In this document: piece by piece, positions 22,689 to 24,000 of the stretch
Numbering within the stretch: position 1 is the first letter of the stretch
How the letters are laid out: each line of letters opens with the position of its first letter
NCBI GenBank assembly: GCA_963793425.1
Contig: CAWCAG010000001.1
Location: forward strand, 213,280 to 237,279
Source of the DNA: an uncultured cyanobacterium
Lineage (GTDB): Bacteria > Cyanobacteriota > Cyanobacteriia > Cyanobacteriales > CAWCAG01
Reading direction: 5' to 3'
Length of the DNA stretch: 24,000 nt
Translations under genes and position numbers: made by a program
The notes under the pieces: model-generated
What the model saw: the letters and a program-made list of their open reading frames with translations, nothing else
What the model was told of the DNA's origin: nothing
Databases searched by the model: none

Positions 22689-24000
22689 ATGCGTGCAGTG
22701 TTGATGGCTGGTGGGTCTGGGACTAGACTAAGGCCGCTAACCTGCGATCTGCCGAAACCTATGGTCCCGGTTCTTAACCGACCCATTGCAGAACATATCA
22801 TTAATCTACTCAAAAGACATAACATTACCGAAATAATTGCTACCTTACACTATCTCCCTGATGTTATGCGAGATTACTTCCAAGATGGCAAAGATTTTGG
22901 AGTGCAAATGACCTATGCAGTGGAAGAAGATCAACCCCTTGGTACGGCAGGATGCGTCAAAAATATTGCGGAGTGGTTAGATGATACTTTCTTAGTGATT
23001 AGCGGTGACGGTATCACAGATTTTGATCTCCAGAAAGCTATTGAGTTTCATAAGCAAAAAAAATCTAAAGCTACCCTGATTTTAACCCGTGTCCCTAACC
23101 CTGTTGAATTTGGTGTAGTTATTACAGATCCTGAAGGCAATATTAAGCGCTTTTTAGAAAAACCTTCTAGTAGCGAAATCTTCTCCGATACCGTCAATAC
23201 AGGAACCTATATTCTTGAACCAGAAGTTTTAAACTATTTGCCAGAAAACGAAGAATCAGACTTCTCTAAAGACCTATTCCCTCTCTTACTTGATAAAGGG
23301 GAACCAATGTACGGTTACGTAGCAGAAGGATATTGGTGCGATGTTGGTCACTTAGATGCTTGTCGAGAAGCTCAGTATGATGGTTTGCACGGTAAAGTTA
23401 AACTAGACCTGGCTTACGAAGAAAAGTCTTCTGGACAGTGGATCGGGGAAGATACTTATATAGATCCTTCGGCAAAAATTACCCCTCCAGTCATGATTGG
23501 TAGTCATTGCCGCATTGGGCCACGGGTTCGTATTGAAGCAGGTACAGTGATTGGCGATAATGTCACCATTGGCGCTGATGCTGATCTTAAGCGTCCGATT
23601 ATTTGGAATGGGGCAATCATCGGTGATGAAGCTCATCTAAGTGCTTGCATTATTTCTAGGGGAACTCGTGTTGACCGCCGCGCTCAAGTTATGGAGGGTG
23701 CTGTAGTAGGCGCTCTTTCTGCTGTTGGAGAAGAAGCCCAAATTAGCCCAGGTGTGAGGGTTTGGCCGCGCAAGAAGATTGAATCTGGAGCGATTTTGAA
23801 TATCAACTTGATTTGGGGTAATACAGCTCAACGCAGTCTTTTTGGACAACAAGGAGTTTCTGGTTTAGCCAATATTGATATTACCCCAGAGTTTGCGGTG
23901 AAATTAGGTGCAGCCTATGGTTCTGTGTTAAAACCAGGCTCTAGTGTTGCTGTATCTAGGGATCAGCGTAGTATTTCCCGTATGGTCAGTCGTTCTTTTA
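22689..24000 (+). CDS. Bifunctional-type sugar-phosphate nucleotidyltransferase (NTP-transferase + left-handed beta-helix + start of phosphomannomutase-like domain), 5' part; continues past window end
   Basis: Absent from the ORF track (open-ended). AAGGAGG lies 4 nt upstream of ATG 22689. Hand translation gives MRAVLMAGGSGTRLRPLTCDLPKPMVPVLNRPIAEHIINLL...GTAGCV...VISGDGITDFDL...EKPSSSEIFSDTVNTGTYILEPEVL, then hexapeptide repeats (IGSHCRIGPRVRIEAGTVIGDNVTIGADA), then GVSGLANIDITPEFAVKLGAAYGS. Confidence 0.8.
   Translation, partial: MRAVLMAGGSGTRLRPLTCDLPKPMVPVLNRPIAEHIINLLKRHNITEIIATLHYLPDVMRDYFQDGKDFGVQMTYAVEEDQPLGTAGCVKNIAEWLDDTFLVISGDGITDFDLQKAIEFHKQKKSKATLILTRVPNPVEFGVVITDPEGNIKRFLEKPSSSEIFSDTVNTGTYILEPEVLNYLPENEESDFSKDLFPLLLDKGEPMYGYVAEGYWCDVGHLDACREAQYDGLHGKVKLDLAYEEKSSGQWIGEDTYIDPSAKITPPVMIGSHCRIGPRVRIEAGTVIGDNVTIGADADLKRPIIWNGAIIGDEAHLSACIISRGTRVDRRAQVMEGAVVGALSAVGEEAQISPGVRVWPRKKIESGAILNINLIWGNTAQRSLFGQQGVSGLANIDITPEFAVKLGAAYGSVLKPGSSVAVSRDQRSISRMVSRSF

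Noticed and set aside
23403-23852. Track ORFs 23403..23636 (-) and 23637..23852 (-)
   Set aside because: They are antisense to the open-ended NTP-transferase/left-handed beta-helix CDS (22689..24000+), which has clear family motifs.

Overview
The window looks like cyanobacterial chromosome. The HIP1 octamer GCGATCGC occurs at least 9 times, and the sequence is AT-rich by eye.

**Left ~9.6 kb: accessory two-partner-secretion (TPS) neighbourhood.**
- The 5' part of a signal-peptide-bearing TPR-repeat protein (-) runs off the window start.
- A Uma2-family endonuclease (-) has a tail of 12 in-phase 21-bp (heptad) repeats.
- A ~4.9-kb filamentous-haemagglutinin-like tpsA has its N-terminal TPS secretion domain broken by four single-nucleotide frameshifts.
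- A four-helix-bundle gene (23S-rRNA-IVS / Avd-type) sits in a ~600-bp cassette bracketed by inverted (GTAATAA)5 heptamer arrays. The cassette exactly fills the gap between the tpsA stop and the tpsB start.
- A ShlB/FhaC-type tpsB begins without a recognisable signal peptide.

**Middle.**
- A Rieske oxygenase lies divergent from a TetR regulator fused to a second, DeoR-like winged-HTH domain.
- Downstream are a small Coq4-motif protein, a second TetR, and an alpha/beta hydrolase whose 5' end is duplicated around a small inverted-repeat insert.
- An AT-rich OLD-family (ABC-ATPase + Toprim) nuclease gene follows. Its Walker-A region is scrambled and it sits next to tRNA-Gly(CCC).

**Right.**
- Small conserved-looking genes: a zinc-ribbon membrane protein, a TspO-like protein and a DUF2839-like protein.
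- Envelope-sugar genes: mannose-1-P guanylyltransferase, an LCP protein, a pentapeptide-repeat protein, and the 5' part of an NTP-transferase/phosphomannomutase fusion.

I saw no rRNA, CRISPR array, transposase or reverse transcriptase. The most unusual structure is the IVS-like four-helix-bundle cassette inside an apparently decaying TPS operon.
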